Notes under the pieces: model-generated
Seen by the model: the letters and a program-made list of their open reading frames with translations, nothing else
What the model was told of the DNA's origin: nothing
Database searches by the model: none
Program-made: the position numbers and the translations under genes
Source: a virus
Taxonomy: Duplodnaviria > Caudoviricetes
Strand: one strand, 5' to 3'
Virus record (IMG/VR): IMGVR_UViG_3300028802_000012
Location: 2,244-66,243 of that record
DNA: 64,000 bases
Part shown: positions 46,465 to 55,990 of the stretch, in pieces
How positions within the stretch are numbered: position 1 is the stretch's first letter
Layout: the number at the start of each line of letters is the position of its first letter

Positions 46465-46997
46465 CGCCGCCTCGCTGGCAGTCCCGTACTCGGGATCAAC
46501 GTGCCCTCCTGGAGCAACGGCGATTCGAGCAGCCAGTCGTTGTAGAGCACGCCGTACATCCCATGGTGAGTAATCAACCGGCCCAGGATATCCTGCGGAA
46601 TGATGATCCCCCAGTACGACGCCTTTTCCGGGTGCTTCCAGGTCAGGTCGACAACGACGCCGTCTTCGACGTTCCAGGCATGCTCGACGACGATGCCGTA
46701 CTCGGACATGGCATAGCCTTCGACATAGGCATAGCCATACTGAAACATGGCCCGGGTACTGTTGCGGTAGCACAACTTATTGCGCTGTTTGCGCAGGCCT
46801 TTCGGGCGGGGTGCAGCCACGAACGGCTGCCCCAGATCGAGCAGCGCCTCGTAATAGGAGGCGTAGCAGGCGGTGCGTGGATCGTTCGCGCGTAGATGAC
46901 GCTGCTGCATCAGGCGGACGACCTCTGCCATCTGGCGGAGGTAATCCCCAACGGAGTGTGAGGCGGCGTCATCCTGGTCGAGCGTGTCAGCGGTCAT
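46461..46997 (-). CDS. Hypothetical protein with transglutaminase/papain-like C-H-D pattern
   Basis: CYRNS...YVEGYA...HAWNV...DLTW. Confidence 0.6.
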   Translation of the reverse strand: MTADTLDQDDAASHSVGDYLRQMAEVVRLMQQRHLRANDPRTACYASYYEALLDLGQPFVAAPRPKGLRKQRNKLCYRNSTRAMFQYGYAYVEGYAMSEYGIVVEHAWNVEDGVVVDLTWKHPEKASYWGIIIPQDILGRLITHHGMYGVLYNDWLLESPLLQEGTLIPSTGLPARRR

Positions 46998-46999
46998 GC

Positions 47000-47341
47000 T
47001 CAGCCTTTCCAGGCATAGCCTGCGAGCAGGCCCCGAGTTCCTCGGGGGGTGAGTTCGTAGACCGAGAGCAACCGGCTGGGATGGTTGCGTCGTTCGCCAA
47101 GCTTGGCGCGAATACTCCCAATGGCCGTTCGGACGCTGTCCTTGGTCGGCCCGCCCCAGGCCGGGTTCGGCACGATCGACGAACGCAGCTTCCTGACGAT
47201 GGCATCGAGCATCACCGGATTCGGGGAGTTCGACGCGATCAGGTTCAGGATCACCGCTTCCACCGGCGTAAAGCGCGGGAAGACCGGCTTCATCAGGGGA
47301 TGCGCTGGTGCCTCTGGCTCACGCTGTTGTTGGATCTGCAT
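47000..47341 (-). CDS. Stand-alone OmpR/PhoB-type winged-helix protein
   Basis: FTPVEAVILNLIASN...SVRTAIGSIRAKLGE...PSRLLSV...GY. Confidence 0.65.
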   Translation of the reverse strand: MQIQQQREPEAPAHPLMKPVFPRFTPVEAVILNLIASNSPNPVMLDAIVRKLRSSIVPNPAWGGPTKDSVRTAIGSIRAKLGERRNHPSRLLSVYELTPRGTRGLLAGYAWKG

Positions 47342-47556
47342 CAGGCGTACTCCTCGGCGCCGAACTCGTAGCTATGCAGGGTCACGCCGTTGCGCTGGAC
47401 CAGCACGTAGCCGGAGCCGTCGGCGTTGACCTGGCAGGACACAAACGTCTGCCAGGTATTGACCTGGGACTGGGCAGCAAAGCTACCCAGTCGATGCACT
47501 TCTTTCTGTCGTCCGTTCGTGTCAATCCCGGTACAGATCGCGATCGTCTTCGCCAT
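47341..47556 (-). CDS. Hypothetical protein
   Basis: AGGAGG RBS before ATG 47556. Confidence 0.55.
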   Translation of the reverse strand: MAKTIAICTGIDTNGRQKEVHRLGSFAAQSQVNTWQTFVSCQVNADGSGYVLVQRNGVTLHSYEFGAEEYA

Positions 47557-47585
47557 GCGTGGCTTCCTCCTTGGATGTGGGGGCG

Positions 47586-47828
47586 TCATTCGCCCTCTTC
47601 CCACGAGTCGATGATGTCTCGCTCGCTAATGGTGTCCGGCTGAATCTTCAACCACACCCGCGCGTAGATTCCCTGGTCGGAATCCTGCAGCGTGATCGGA
47701 TCTTCCGCGTCGACCGTACGATCAGCGAATGCTCGCATCTGCGCGACAGCTTCTTCTGGTGACGATGCGGTACTGTCCACGACAATATCCGCATACTCTC
47801 CCGCGAACTCAAACTGATACACGGGCAT
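47586..47828 (-). CDS. Acidic hypothetical protein
   Basis: 80-aa ORF with GGAGG RBS. Confidence 0.55.
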   Translation of the reverse strand: MPVYQFEFAGEYADIVVDSTASSPEEAVAQMRAFADRTVDAEDPITLQDSDQGIYARVWLKIQPDTISERDIIDSWEEGE

Positions 47829-47829
47829 G

Positions 47830-48051
47830 TCAGTACGCCTCCGGCCTGGTGCAGCCTTCAGATCCAGGAAGGTGGACCTGATAGGCCGTGATGTCGGTGA
47901 TCTGATCGTAGTCGTACATTCCGAACTTGACGGGCACCCGGAACCGCGCTGGTGCGCGCTTCCAGGTCTGCGTCATGCCGTTCCGGCGCCATCGCCTGCA
48001 CTGCTCGTCGTGGAACAGGTTCGCCGTCAGCGCCTCGTGCTTGGTGATCAT
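47830..48051 (-). CDS. Hypothetical protein
   Basis: WRRNGMTQTWKR.P.RFRVPVKFG motif; GAGGAG RBS. Confidence 0.6.
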   Translation of the reverse strand: MITKHEALTANLFHDEQCRRWRRNGMTQTWKRAPARFRVPVKFGMYDYDQITDITAYQVHLPGSEGCTRPEAY

Positions 48052-48156
48052 GCTGATCACTCCTCTCGGTCCCCCATGTCGGGAGCCGGTGAAATTTCGC
48101 CTGTCTCGTGGCAGGCGCGGGAATCCACGAACACACCTCATGGACTCCGGCGCATG

Positions 48157-48594
48157 TCAGCGGGCGGCTCGGGTTAGTACGCGGAGCTGGTGTACGGCGT
48201 CCTGGGTTTCGGCGTAGACCTCGGGGATCGTCCAGTCGTGAGCACCAGGATGTCCTGTCCCATATGTGATGTCGAGTTTCGACAGGTCCCTGGAATGGGC
48301 ATAGTCCCAGCCGTACCAGTACCACCCGGCTGGGAACGATGGCGTCCCGCCTGCGCTGGCATAGGTCAGTCCGCCATGGACGTCGAGCCGGAAGTCGTCG
48401 TAGCTCTGGCCTGCCAGTGGATGGTCGAGCGGCAGGCCGACGTAGGCCGTGAGCGAGGCCGTACTTTCCACGACCATCGCGCGGATTGGGGTGTCGTGCT
48501 CGTCGTCGCCCCGATCAACCCAATCGTGGTAGACGAAACCAATATCGTCAGGTCGGCGCTCGGGGGTGCGGACCAGCTCAGAGAGCGATGGCAT
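48157..48594 (-). CDS. Conserved-type phage hypothetical protein
   Basis: YVGLP..HPL...VHGGLTY...WYGWDYAH motif common in phage early genes. Confidence 0.65.
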   Translation of the reverse strand: MPSLSELVRTPERRPDDIGFVYHDWVDRGDDEHDTPIRAMVVESTASLTAYVGLPLDHPLAGQSYDDFRLDVHGGLTYASAGGTPSFPAGWYWYGWDYAHSRDLSKLDITYGTGHPGAHDWTIPEVYAETQDAVHQLRVLTRAAR

Positions 48595-48596
48595 GG

Positions 48597-48821
48597 TCAG
48601 ATCCTTTCTGGGGTGTCGGAGATGTTCGCGCGGCGCTGGAGTGCCAGCAGATCCTGACGCAGGGTCAGCAGATCGGCCAGGTACCGGAGCGCTTCTACTT
48701 CGCTCGTCTCCGCGCAGCCCTGCCAGGTGCTATCGGTGGACATTCGTCGCGCTGTTGCGAGCGCCTCGCAGAGATGCTTGTCGGCTTCCTGCAGCTGGCC
48801 CCAGAGGGTTGGGAGTCGCAT
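48597..48821 (-). CDS. Hypothetical protein
   Basis: ATG 48821 behind a GAGAAAGG leader. Confidence 0.5.
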   Translation of the reverse strand: MRLPTLWGQLQEADKHLCEALATARRMSTDSTWQGCAETSEVEALRYLADLLTLRQDLLALQRRANISDTPERI

Positions 48822-48909
48822 GATCGGGCCTTTCTCGTCTCCTGGTAGGAGACGGTGCGTGGCGCGCTGGAGGCCCTGTGAGGGCCTCCAGTCGCGATGG
48901 TGAGGGTGT

Positions 48910-50013
48910 CTAGCTGGCGCTGGTGCGCTGGGCCTTGGCCTGGGCCTTACGAGCCGCCTTGGCGGTGTCATTGGGCACGACGGCGCCCGTGATCGTCTTG
49001 TCGCGGACGGTCGCCAGGATCGGCGTGCTGTTGCCGTGCGCGGTCAACATGTCCAGCAGCTTCGGCTGGATCTCATCGCTGGCGAAGTAGCTATAGCCGC
49101 CGCCCGTCTGGCCGTTCTGGAACAGATCGCCGCTGAGCCGGAAGATCGTCTTGTACTTATTGCAGCCATCGAGAATGGCGTAGTGCGTCCCGCTGGTCGG
49201 CCGTTCGGTCCCGAACGGCTTCTCCTGTGGCGCGGGTGCCGGCGTGCGTGCCTCCTCCGTGACCACGTCCAGCGTGGTTTCGTTCTGCGGATTGCTCATG
49301 GCCTTGACCACGGCACTGGTGCCGTGGTGCCGACAGGGGCTCTTGGCCGTGTTCCACTGGCACGGTGTGCCGTCCTTCTTGGGCAGACCGCACCGTGTGA
49401 CACCCGGCTTGTCCTGGGCCTGTTCAGCTGGCGTCAGCGCGCTGTCGTTCTGGCGCGCGTTCCTGGTCTGCTCGTCGTACGGCGCATAGATGGCAGCCGC
49501 TTTCGCGGCTGCCAATTCCTGCTCTAGCTCCTGGATGCGCTGGCGCTGCATCTCCAGGATCGGCCTGATCGCGGCGAGCTTGGTCAGGTACTCAGCCTCG
49601 ATGGTGGCGCGAAGCTGGGCTTCGTCGATCGTCGGGGCAGGGGTGCTGGTTTGGACATCCGCACCCAAACCCGCAGGGGTGGGCAGGCTGATCGCCGCTG
49701 TGCGCTTCTCCGCTCTGGCCGCCTCACGCGCGGCATCGCGGCGGGTCTCGTAGGCTTTCATCGCCTTGAACTTGGCCGCGCCGTCGGTGCTCAGCGTGGC
49801 ACCAGGCACCTGGCGCAAGCACTCGATGTGCGTCCAGACAATCGCCGTCCCCGTGAAGGAACGGGCGGCGATCGCGCCAGAAGGCACGCTCACGTTGCAG
49901 AACAGGCAATCATAGTTGGTCGTCCTGCTTTCGCCACTGGCGCGAGTGCTCTGGAAAAAGGGCGTGAAAATGTTGTACTTCTGCACAGGTGTCACGGTGT
50001 CAGTGTAGGCCAC
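48910..50013 (-). CDS. Multi-domain early protein with Zn-binding motifs and coiled coil
   Basis: CLFC...HIEC; RCGLPKKDGTPC...CRHHG. Confidence 0.65.
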   Translation of the reverse strand: MAYTDTVTPVQKYNIFTPFFQSTRASGESRTTNYDCLFCNVSVPSGAIAARSFTGTAIVWTHIECLRQVPGATLSTDGAAKFKAMKAYETRRDAAREAARAEKRTAAISLPTPAGLGADVQTSTPAPTIDEAQLRATIEAEYLTKLAAIRPILEMQRQRIQELEQELAAAKAAAIYAPYDEQTRNARQNDSALTPAEQAQDKPGVTRCGLPKKDGTPCQWNTAKSPCRHHGTSAVVKAMSNPQNETTLDVVTEEARTPAPAPQEKPFGTERPTSGTHYAILDGCNKYKTIFRLSGDLFQNGQTGGGYSYFASDEIQPKLLDMLTAHGNSTPILATVRDKTITGAVVPNDTAKAARKAQAKAQRTSAS

Positions 50014-50018
50014 AATCG

Positions 50019-50146
50019 TGTCTTTCTCGCAGGCAAAACTGCCTGGTGTACGGATGAGCCGACGCCATAGGTCATCGCAGATTTGACCTATCCCTGTTCA
50101 GACAGGGTCCGTGTCTACTCCATTCTGGAGTAGACAGGGTCGCACG
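50019..50146 (-). promoter_or_regulatory. Four-hairpin leader element, copy A
   Basis: Shares TGTCTTTCTC, CTGGTGTACG, ACGCCATAGG and TCGCACG anchors and hairpin order with 50873-50988. Confidence 0.7.
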
Positions 50147-50161
50147 AATGGCTCGCGCTGG

Positions 50162-50254
50162 CTAGATGGAGCGGCGCACGTACGCCGGATACCGATAGCG
50201 GAACCAATCAACTTCTGCGCGCAGCTTCCAGTACCAGACGATCAGGGTTTCCAT
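50162..50254 (-). CDS. 30-aa peptide (METLIVWYWKLRAEVDWFRYRYPAYVRRSI)
   Basis: ATG behind the same GAGAAAGAC leader as neighbouring genes. Confidence 0.45.
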   Translation of the reverse strand: METLIVWYWKLRAEVDWFRYRYPAYVRRSI

Positions 50255-50348
50255 GCGTTGGTCTTTCTCCTGGCATGGCCAGGGTGAACGTAGACCCCCG
50301 TAGCGCGCCGCTACGGGGGTCAAAAGGCACGCTAGGCTCGCGGCTGGA

Positions 50349-50864
50349 CTAGACGCGCTTGATGAGGAACCAGACACCCTTTTCGGTGGCATGGGCGCGG
50401 CAATCAAACTTGCCGGCGCTCGCCAGGCGAAGCTTCAACGAGCGGGTGATCGCAGCCCAGATTTTCGTCGTCGGCGACTTGGCCGCGCTGTTCTCGGAGC
50501 GGCGAATGCGCAGCATGCACGACGGCTGCGTGTCGAGCCACTCCAGCACGGGGTACCAGTCGTTCGTCGTGGCGCGCAGTGCCAATGCCTTGAAGAGCAC
50601 CTCGTCAATCTTTTCCGTCTCGACGACGAACCCGTCAGGACTGGTGAAACTGGCGACACCCTTGACGGGAGCGGTCTTGACGGGAGCGGTCTTGACGGGA
50701 GCGGTCTTGACGGGAGCGGTCTTGACGGGAGCGGTCTTGACGGGAGCGGTCTTGACGGGAGCGGTCTTGACGGTCACAGGGGCGACAGGGGCGACGCCAT
50801 ACTTCGCCTGGAGCGCGGCCATTTCCTGGTCAAAGGACATCGGAGCAACAGTCTGGGCGGTCAT
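50349..50864 (-). CDS. Early protein with (TAPVK)7 repeat
   Basis: 171-aa ORF behind leader copy B. Confidence 0.65.
   Translation of the reverse strand: MTAQTVAPMSFDQEMAALQAKYGVAPVAPVTVKTAPVKTAPVKTAPVKTAPVKTAPVKTAPVKTAPVKGVASFTSPDGFVVETEKIDEVLFKALALRATTNDWYPVLEWLDTQPSCMLRIRRSENSAAKSPTTKIWAAITRSLKLRLASAGKFDCRAHATEKGVWFLIKRV
50661..50773. repeat. 15-bp tandem repeat x7 plus a partial copy (CTTGACGGGAGCGGT)
   Basis: Perfect copies starting 50661 through 50751. Confidence 0.95.
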
Positions 50865-50872
50865 ACCGGTTC

Positions 50873-50988
50873 TGTCTTTCTCAGTTTTGCAACTGGTGTA
50901 CGAATTCCTACGCCATAGGCTATCGCAAACTTAGCCTATCCCGTTGCATCGGGCACAGCCTGCTAGCGTGCTAGCAGGCTATCGCACG
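50873..50988 (-). promoter_or_regulatory. Four-hairpin leader element, copy B
   Basis: See copy A; stems differ in sequence but keep pairing. Confidence 0.7.
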
Positions 50989-50989
50989 C

Positions 50990-51427
50990 TTAGAGTGCTG
51001 CGTAATCCGCGCGGGATTTCAACAATCGCGCCGTGATTTTCTCTCGATGCGACAACACGCGGCCCGTTTCTTTCTCGCGATGCTGCAACGTTTTGGGATC
51101 AGGATCTTCGCGAGTTTTGGGCAGTGACCGCGAGCTAACGTCGTGCAAGCGTGGCTCACAGTACCGACCTAGACACTCCTGACATCCTGGTAGGATCACT
51201 GGCGCACTGGTCGTGACAACTTCTGAGGGTTTCTCGCACGTTGGCGTGCGACGCTTGGCTGGTCGGTAGGGATCGGGCAGCACATAGGCTGATCGCGTTG
51301 TCGCCAGATACTTCGAGCGTTGTGACATGCGGGGCAGCATCTCGCCTGTAAGCCGTTTCTCACGGCGCTTTGACGCACGACGATTGCCGCGCGCAGTGAC
51401 CAGGACATCAGTCACAAAATCAGACAT
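50990..51427 (-). CDS. Basic hypothetical protein
   Basis: AGGAG RBS before ATG 51427. Confidence 0.45.
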   Translation of the reverse strand: MSDFVTDVLVTARGNRRASKRREKRLTGEMLPRMSQRSKYLATTRSAYVLPDPYRPAKRRTPTCEKPSEVVTTSAPVILPGCQECLGRYCEPRLHDVSSRSLPKTREDPDPKTLQHREKETGRVLSHREKITARLLKSRADYAAL

Positions 51428-51499
51428 GGATCGTTGCTCCTGAGGATGATGGATCGGCGGACGTGCCAGACAATTGAATCTGGTCACAGGGAATTGCAC

Positions 51500-53470
51500 C
51501 CCATGTAACTGAATTCACGTCCTAAGAAGGCGCAATCCCGTTGGTCGCTACGCCAGTCACCAATGGCGACCTATTCACGTACACAACGTGATTGCTGTTT
51601 CACTCGTTATCTGGCCGTTTCTTACGCTGCCCATCAGTTACATGGGGGACACGAACGGGGCAAACACAGGGGAGGGAACCGACCAGGATTTGAACGTTGC
51701 CGTTCCGATCGATTCTTCCTGCCGCTACCGTCTCGCGGGTGGTTCTGGGAATGACCAGAACCACTAGTACGCATGGTCATCCTGATACCCCCGTTTCCTA
51801 GGGGGTGGGTGCCTGCGAGTCGGGCGGGCAGTGGACACGTCCAATGTGCCCGCCCGACGAGAAGAGATCAGGACAATCTGCGATCCGTCACCTACTCACA
51901 GGGGACGTACCAGAAAACTATGATCCGTCACCCCGTCAGGATCGCTCGCCAGCGTACGGCGGTCCGATCCTTCGAGTGTTCAGGTGTCAAGGTGCTGCGC
52001 CGCTCGTCGTTCGGAGGGAAGAGGAGCGGGCAGCGATACCTTGACGGTTCTCCTGGTAGGGGTGCAAATGATGTTTTGTCTGTCAAGGGGCGTGCTGCAT
52101 CGGTTTAGCAGGCGGGCTTTGCGGGTCTGACTCGAAGGGACGGAACGAATTCAGGGCAGTCCCAGCAACCGCTCGTTTTGGGGTCTTTTGGGCAATCGAA
52201 GATGCTCCGTTTTTCCCGTCGCGTAACGATAGGCGTAACGATAGAAACGGCTCTTATCGGGACGGAGTCTCATCAAGACGCGGCTTGCGGGACGGCTTTT
52301 TGGGTACCTGGCAAGCGCTCTGAGAATGCCAGGTTTCATCGCGCACATGAGACAGTACGGCGATGCCGTACGGTATGGAGCATTAGGACGACAGCGTGTC
52401 GCGCCAGACTTGCAAATGTGAAGGGTGACGCAAAGAATTCGTTGCATCATTGTTCAGAGGGGAAGAGATAGCGCTAAATCCTGGAGATAATTCGCATCCT
52501 TAGAGAAAGCATCGTTGCTCAATGCGACGCTTTTGCAGATCCGCAACACTCGAAGAAGCTACCCTCTTTTCTAGATAGACAGACCAGTCTGTCTATCTAC
52601 TTTTCCCTGTAGTCTCTAGGTATAGGTCGGGAATAGCAGGCACGATAAAGCACTCCCTGAGTGCTACCTAAGTGATCCCTATGGAGTAGTCTTTTTCAAC
52701 CTGTCGCGAGTCTGTGACGGGTTTCCACGTTATGCGAAGAGTTTTCTGTCGCATGTTTAGGTTCGCGCTTTTTCGCGACAGCTAAACCGGTTCAGGATCA
52801 CTCACCGTTTCGCGTCTCTGACACTGCCAGTCGCGCCGTGCGATCGCTTTTCTTTTATCCTTATGGGTGCCTGCGAACACTTCCGAGAAAAATAACCCGC
52901 GTCCCCTTCATGACGCGCTCGCGCGCGCGGCTACGCCCGCCTGCGCCGGGGGCCTACGGCCCCCCTCGCCGTCCTCGCCGTCCAGGCTCCTTCGTCGCCT
53001 GGACGGCGAGGACGGCTCGGCCATGGCTGGGGTCTTTTGGGTACTCAGGTTTAAACACGAAGAAACGGCATGGGATGCTGAGATGCCGATTACCCCGTGA
53101 TTCTGCGTGGAAGCTTTAAAGCAACCGTCTCAGAATCCCAAATACCCACGTTCCACGCTCACTCGTCGTCAAAGCCCCGACACTGCGTCACCATTCGACG
53201 CTGGCATCTCAAAACAGGGAGAAACCACGGCAACGCGGCGAACTTTCGACACTGACAACACACAAACGCACCGGTTTCCCTTCGAGTCAGCCCCGCCTGG
53301 CTGCGTTGCACTGGTCTAGCATCGTTGTGACTGCTAGTCGCGATCATCCGCGGGCGGCGCTGGCGCGTGGCGTATGGGTACACCGGCTCAAATTTTGTGG
53401 TAGTAGGAGCACCCCAGGGTCTATTTTGAGATATATACGCTGGAAACGCTCGAAAAGAGCCTCATAAAGA
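51500..53470. other. ~2-kb largely non-coding divergence region (candidate genome end/origin/early promoters)
   Basis: Lower GC, no convincing ORF, transcription diverges; perfect inverted repeats at 52572-52599 and 52968-53016. Confidence 0.6.
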
Positions 53471-53473
53471 CTA

Positions 53474-53503
53474 TTGACACGTTTGCAGCGCACCCGCTAA
53501 ACT
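53474..53503 (+). promoter_or_regulatory. Sigma70-like promoter
   Basis: TTGACA-N18-TAAACT, then GGAGG RBS and ATG 53524. Confidence 0.75.
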
Positions 53504-53523
53504 CCTGAGGGAGGAGAAAAGCG

Positions 53524-53937
53524 ATGGAAGACCTCTCCCAGCAACTGTCGGAGATCGTGAAAACGTGGCGGGCTCGGAGAAAATGGAATCAGGTGCAGCT
53601 ATCGGCTGCTTCCGGGGTCAGTTTGACCGTCGTCCAGGGTGTTGAACAGGAGACGCAGCTGCCGAATCTACGCACCCTCAATCGCTTAGCGCATGCGCTA
53701 GGCATAGAACTCCGGTTGACAGCGAGCGCGCCTACCGAGGCCTCCTCGGAGGAGGAAGCGTCCCCGACGCAAGAAGAATCGGAAGATGAACGTCTCCGAG
53801 AGGGTGACGTGATGATCGTGCAGGCGTTTCGACGGAGGTTTCCGGACCCGGAGCACGTCGCAGCCAGGAGTTATGCCGAGGAGTATCCTGACGTAGCGGC
53901 GGCGCTCGCCCGTCATGAGGCCAGAAATGGCCGCTGA
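53524..53937 (+). CDS. XRE-family HTH regulator
   Basis: WRARRKWNQVQLSAASGVSLTVVQGVEQETQLPNLRTLNRLAHALG. Confidence 0.85.
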   Translation: MEDLSQQLSEIVKTWRARRKWNQVQLSAASGVSLTVVQGVEQETQLPNLRTLNRLAHALGIELRLTASAPTEASSEEEASPTQEESEDERLREGDVMIVQAFRRRFPDPEHVAARSYAEEYPDVAAALARHEARNGR

Positions 53938-54004
53938 AGGCCCCGTACAGCCCGCGAAGCCCCCAGACGTGACTCCGAGGTCAGGCAGGGGCTAGAATCG
54001 GGCT

Positions 54005-54595
54005 ATGGGGTACGGCTATTTGCTCCCGCCACATCAGGGCAATGACCCGGTCCAGGATGAGGTCGACCGCTTGCGACGCGAGCGACCCCACACGGCGAAC
54101 GCGAATCAGCAGCAGAACCAGCACGCCCAGCCCGATGGACGGTTCCTGCCGCCGGGCGGACTCTCCAGAAAAGCGCGCCAGATGCACGCCAGAAACGGGA
54201 ACGGCCAGAACAGCACCGCGCCGACCCTGACAGCGGAGCGGGTGATCGAGCAGGATCTGGTTCCCGGCGAACCGGCTCCGATCCTCCCACCAGCCATGAA
54301 CGTCGACGCGGTCCTGCGGTATGCGCCTTCCCCGGATCCGCAGCCGACGGTGACCACGGGGACACCGACGCTGTCGATCCCAGCGCCCCCAGCGTCGGTC
54401 TCGCCAACCCCAACCCCCCTGGCTCCGCTGTCTGGACCCTGCACCGAGGGGGTCTTTATCCGGGTCCAGCAGCACAGAATGCTGTTGGACTGCACCCTGC
54501 AGGGGCCGCACCCGAATCAGCCGCACATGGCGCCACTCGTCCCGATCGAAGCCGGAGACTCCGTCTTCGTCGGCTGGTGGCACCAGGGAGAATAA
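54005..54595 (+). CDS. Pro-rich hypothetical protein
   Basis: 196-aa co-oriented ORF. Confidence 0.5.
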   Translation: MGYGYLLPPHQGNDPVQDEVDRLRRERPHTANANQQQNQHAQPDGRFLPPGGLSRKARQMHARNGNGQNSTAPTLTAERVIEQDLVPGEPAPILPPAMNVDAVLRYAPSPDPQPTVTTGTPTLSIPAPPASVSPTPTPLAPLSGPCTEGVFIRVQQHRMLLDCTLQGPHPNQPHMAPLVPIEAGDSVFVGWWHQGE

Positions 54596-54599
54596 CCGG

Positions 54600-54908
54600 A
54601 TGAGTTTGCCGCCCCCAGAACCATCGCCGCTGCCCCCACCCGCAACGCCGCCCCTCCCACCCGTGACGCCGCCGCTGCCCACCCAGAACCTGATTCCAGC
54701 GCAGGCTCCGATCCAGGGCGACGATCTCGTCAGACGGGACGAGGTCCAGCACATGGTCGCCGGGACCATGGACCTGGTCCAGAAGTACGCCGAGCTGACC
54801 GGCCAGATCAGTCTGCTCCGGAGTCAGATCGACACCCTGCAGGGCAGCGTGGATGCCCTCGACGCGGAGGTCGCAACGATGCAGGAGCAGGCCGTCCCGC
54901 ATGGTTGA
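54600..54908 (+). CDS. Pro-rich/coiled-coil hypothetical protein
   Basis: 102-aa ORF in the operon. Confidence 0.55.
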   Translation: MSLPPPEPSPLPPPATPPLPPVTPPLPTQNLIPAQAPIQGDDLVRRDEVQHMVAGTMDLVQKYAELTGQISLLRSQIDTLQGSVDALDAEVATMQEQAVPHG

Positions 54909-55608
54909 TCTCGAAAGCCGGTTGGAAATTCTGGAAGCCCTGGTCGCACGACTGCTCCGCGAGCGGTTTCTGGACCTGCCCGCCCCTCACCAGCCGGAGG
55001 CCTCCGACCCGCCCCCGCGTTCTTCCTCTCTGCTGACCTGGGAGCGCATAGAACCTCCTCCGCCTGTCTCGCCCTCGGCGCCCCTGCTCACGCAGGACGC
55101 CTCGCAGTTCGTACATCCGGAGCCGCACCCGGCGTGGCTGCCTGTCGTCCATGCGAACGGGTCGACAGCCTGCGGACGACCCGGGCTCTTTCTGACCCAG
55201 CGAGTCTCTGGCGTGCACAAAGCCGGCCCGAATTTCGTACGGATCCTGCCGCGCCTTCGGGATCCCGCGACGGGGATCTGGATCACCGAACCGTTCCGCG
55301 CTCCCGTCTCCAGCGATCTCGTGGTCTGCGCAAGCTGCGCGTCGCCCCTGGAGATCTGGTCCTCGCAGGATCTGGACTACCGGCCGCATCTCGATAATGA
55401 GATCGGCCAGCCCATGCACCCGAAGGCGGCCAGCGCAGCATCCCCCACCCTCCCCGACATCCCCCAGGCCTCAGCTTCACCCACCCCCACCCCGTTTACG
55501 GACGACGAACGGCTGGCGCAGCTCAAAGCGCAGGCCGCGATCCTGCGCGATCAGGCCAGTCAGGATCGGGAGCGGGTCTACGGTGCCCCGATCGCCGCGC
55601 ACTCGTGA
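54901..55608 (+). CDS. Hypothetical protein
   Basis: ATG 54901 overlapping the previous gene; CASC motif. Confidence 0.5.
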   Translation: MVDLESRLEILEALVARLLRERFLDLPAPHQPEASDPPPRSSSLLTWERIEPPPPVSPSAPLLTQDASQFVHPEPHPAWLPVVHANGSTACGRPGLFLTQRVSGVHKAGPNFVRILPRLRDPATGIWITEPFRAPVSSDLVVCASCASPLEIWSSQDLDYRPHLDNEIGQPMHPKAASAASPTLPDIPQASASPTPTPFTDDERLAQLKAQAAILRDQASQDRERVYGAPIAAHS

Positions 55609-55990
55609 GCAGCAGCAGGCCGACCGGGACGCCTCCAGGATCTATCATCTGGAGGTCCGGCTGCATATTGCGAGACGGCTCACCGACGGGTTCACCATCG
55701 ACGAGATCGCCGACGAACTCCAACTCACCCCGGGTCAGGTCCGTTGGGAGCACCAGCAGACCATCGCCCGGTACACGAAGATTCTGACCTGGCGCGCGAA
55801 AGCCCTGGAGACGCAGCGATGGCGCAAGGCCCGACGCGATGAGCAGCGAGCCCAGGCCCGAGCCGCCTGGTACCGGCAGAGCCCTCGTCCCGACCGTGCG
55901 CCGGGTGTCGGGTACGGTCTTCGGACCCGAGGCGCTCGATCCCCGAGCCCGGCAGGTATTGGATCTGCGCAAGCGTGCCCTGCCCTATGA
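55583..55990 (+). CDS. HTH protein
   Basis: RRLTDGFTIDEIADELQLTPGQVR; start uncertain. Confidence 0.5.
   Translation: MPRSPRTREQQQADRDASRIYHLEVRLHIARRLTDGFTIDEIADELQLTPGQVRWEHQQTIARYTKILTWRAKALETQRWRKARRDEQRAQARAAWYRQSPRPDRAPGVGYGLRTRGARSPSPAGIGSAQACPAL

Noticed and set aside
51563-53383. Short ORFs in the divergence region
   Set aside because: Atypical codon usage, no RBS, no motifs
36440-53937. Lysogeny module inferred from two XRE genes
   Set aside because: No integrase, ParA/B or att-like site is visible in the window; lifestyle cannot be called
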